NCBI GenBank assembly: GCA_963422645.2
Contig: CAXXVO010000013.1
Location: 32,001 to 96,000, forward strand
Origin: Alphaproteobacteria bacterium
GTDB taxonomy: Bacteria; Pseudomonadota; Alphaproteobacteria; UBA828
Direction: 5' to 3'
Length of the DNA stretch: 64,000 bases
Positions 63,974-64,000 of this stretch are shown here, one piece after another. The stretch's first letter is position 1; every line of letters starts with the position of its first letter. The notes under the pieces are model-generated. The model saw only the letters and a program-made list of their open reading frames with translations, made no database searches and was not told the DNA's origin. The translations under genes were made by a program, and so were the position numbers.

Positions 63974-64000
63974 TGACAGGAAGAAGGGGCGGCGCCTTCT

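Overview
High-GC alphaproteobacterial chromosome segment (inferred from gene order and a GAAC-N7-GTAC SOS box; Rhodospirillales-like). Left part (1-24.5 kb): accessory catabolic genes, including a ~15 kb minus-strand cluster with an uncharacterised B12-binding enzyme, a GlmL/MutL-type reactivase, a sugar-type ABC importer, one hydantoinase/oxoprolinase A and two B subunits, a DSD1-type PLP enzyme and an RraA/HMG aldolase. Middle (24507-31015): a nested mobile element. The outer Mu/Tn7-like shell has TGT...ACA ends, repeated transposase-binding-like sites and a 5'-truncated MuF-PBECR-like gene. An inner transposon encodes a DDE transposase, ExeA-like ATPase, AAA_25 helicase, Toprim primase and an ori-like palindrome. 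The two flanks are different truncated ABC genes with no target duplication, implying a rearrangement or misjoin. Right part: guaB, a Liv-type ABC/kynureninase operon, malonyl-CoA decarboxylase, PxpB/C-like genes, aquaporin and core genes (alaS, recA, tRNA-Ile2, gor, class II DAHP synthase, NAPRTase-like, nadE, cysS, TrmJ-like, rpsD, grxD, bolA, purL, purQ). Three genes carry +1 homopolymer frameshifts that look like sequencing errors. All family calls come from motif recognition by eye; no database searches were run.
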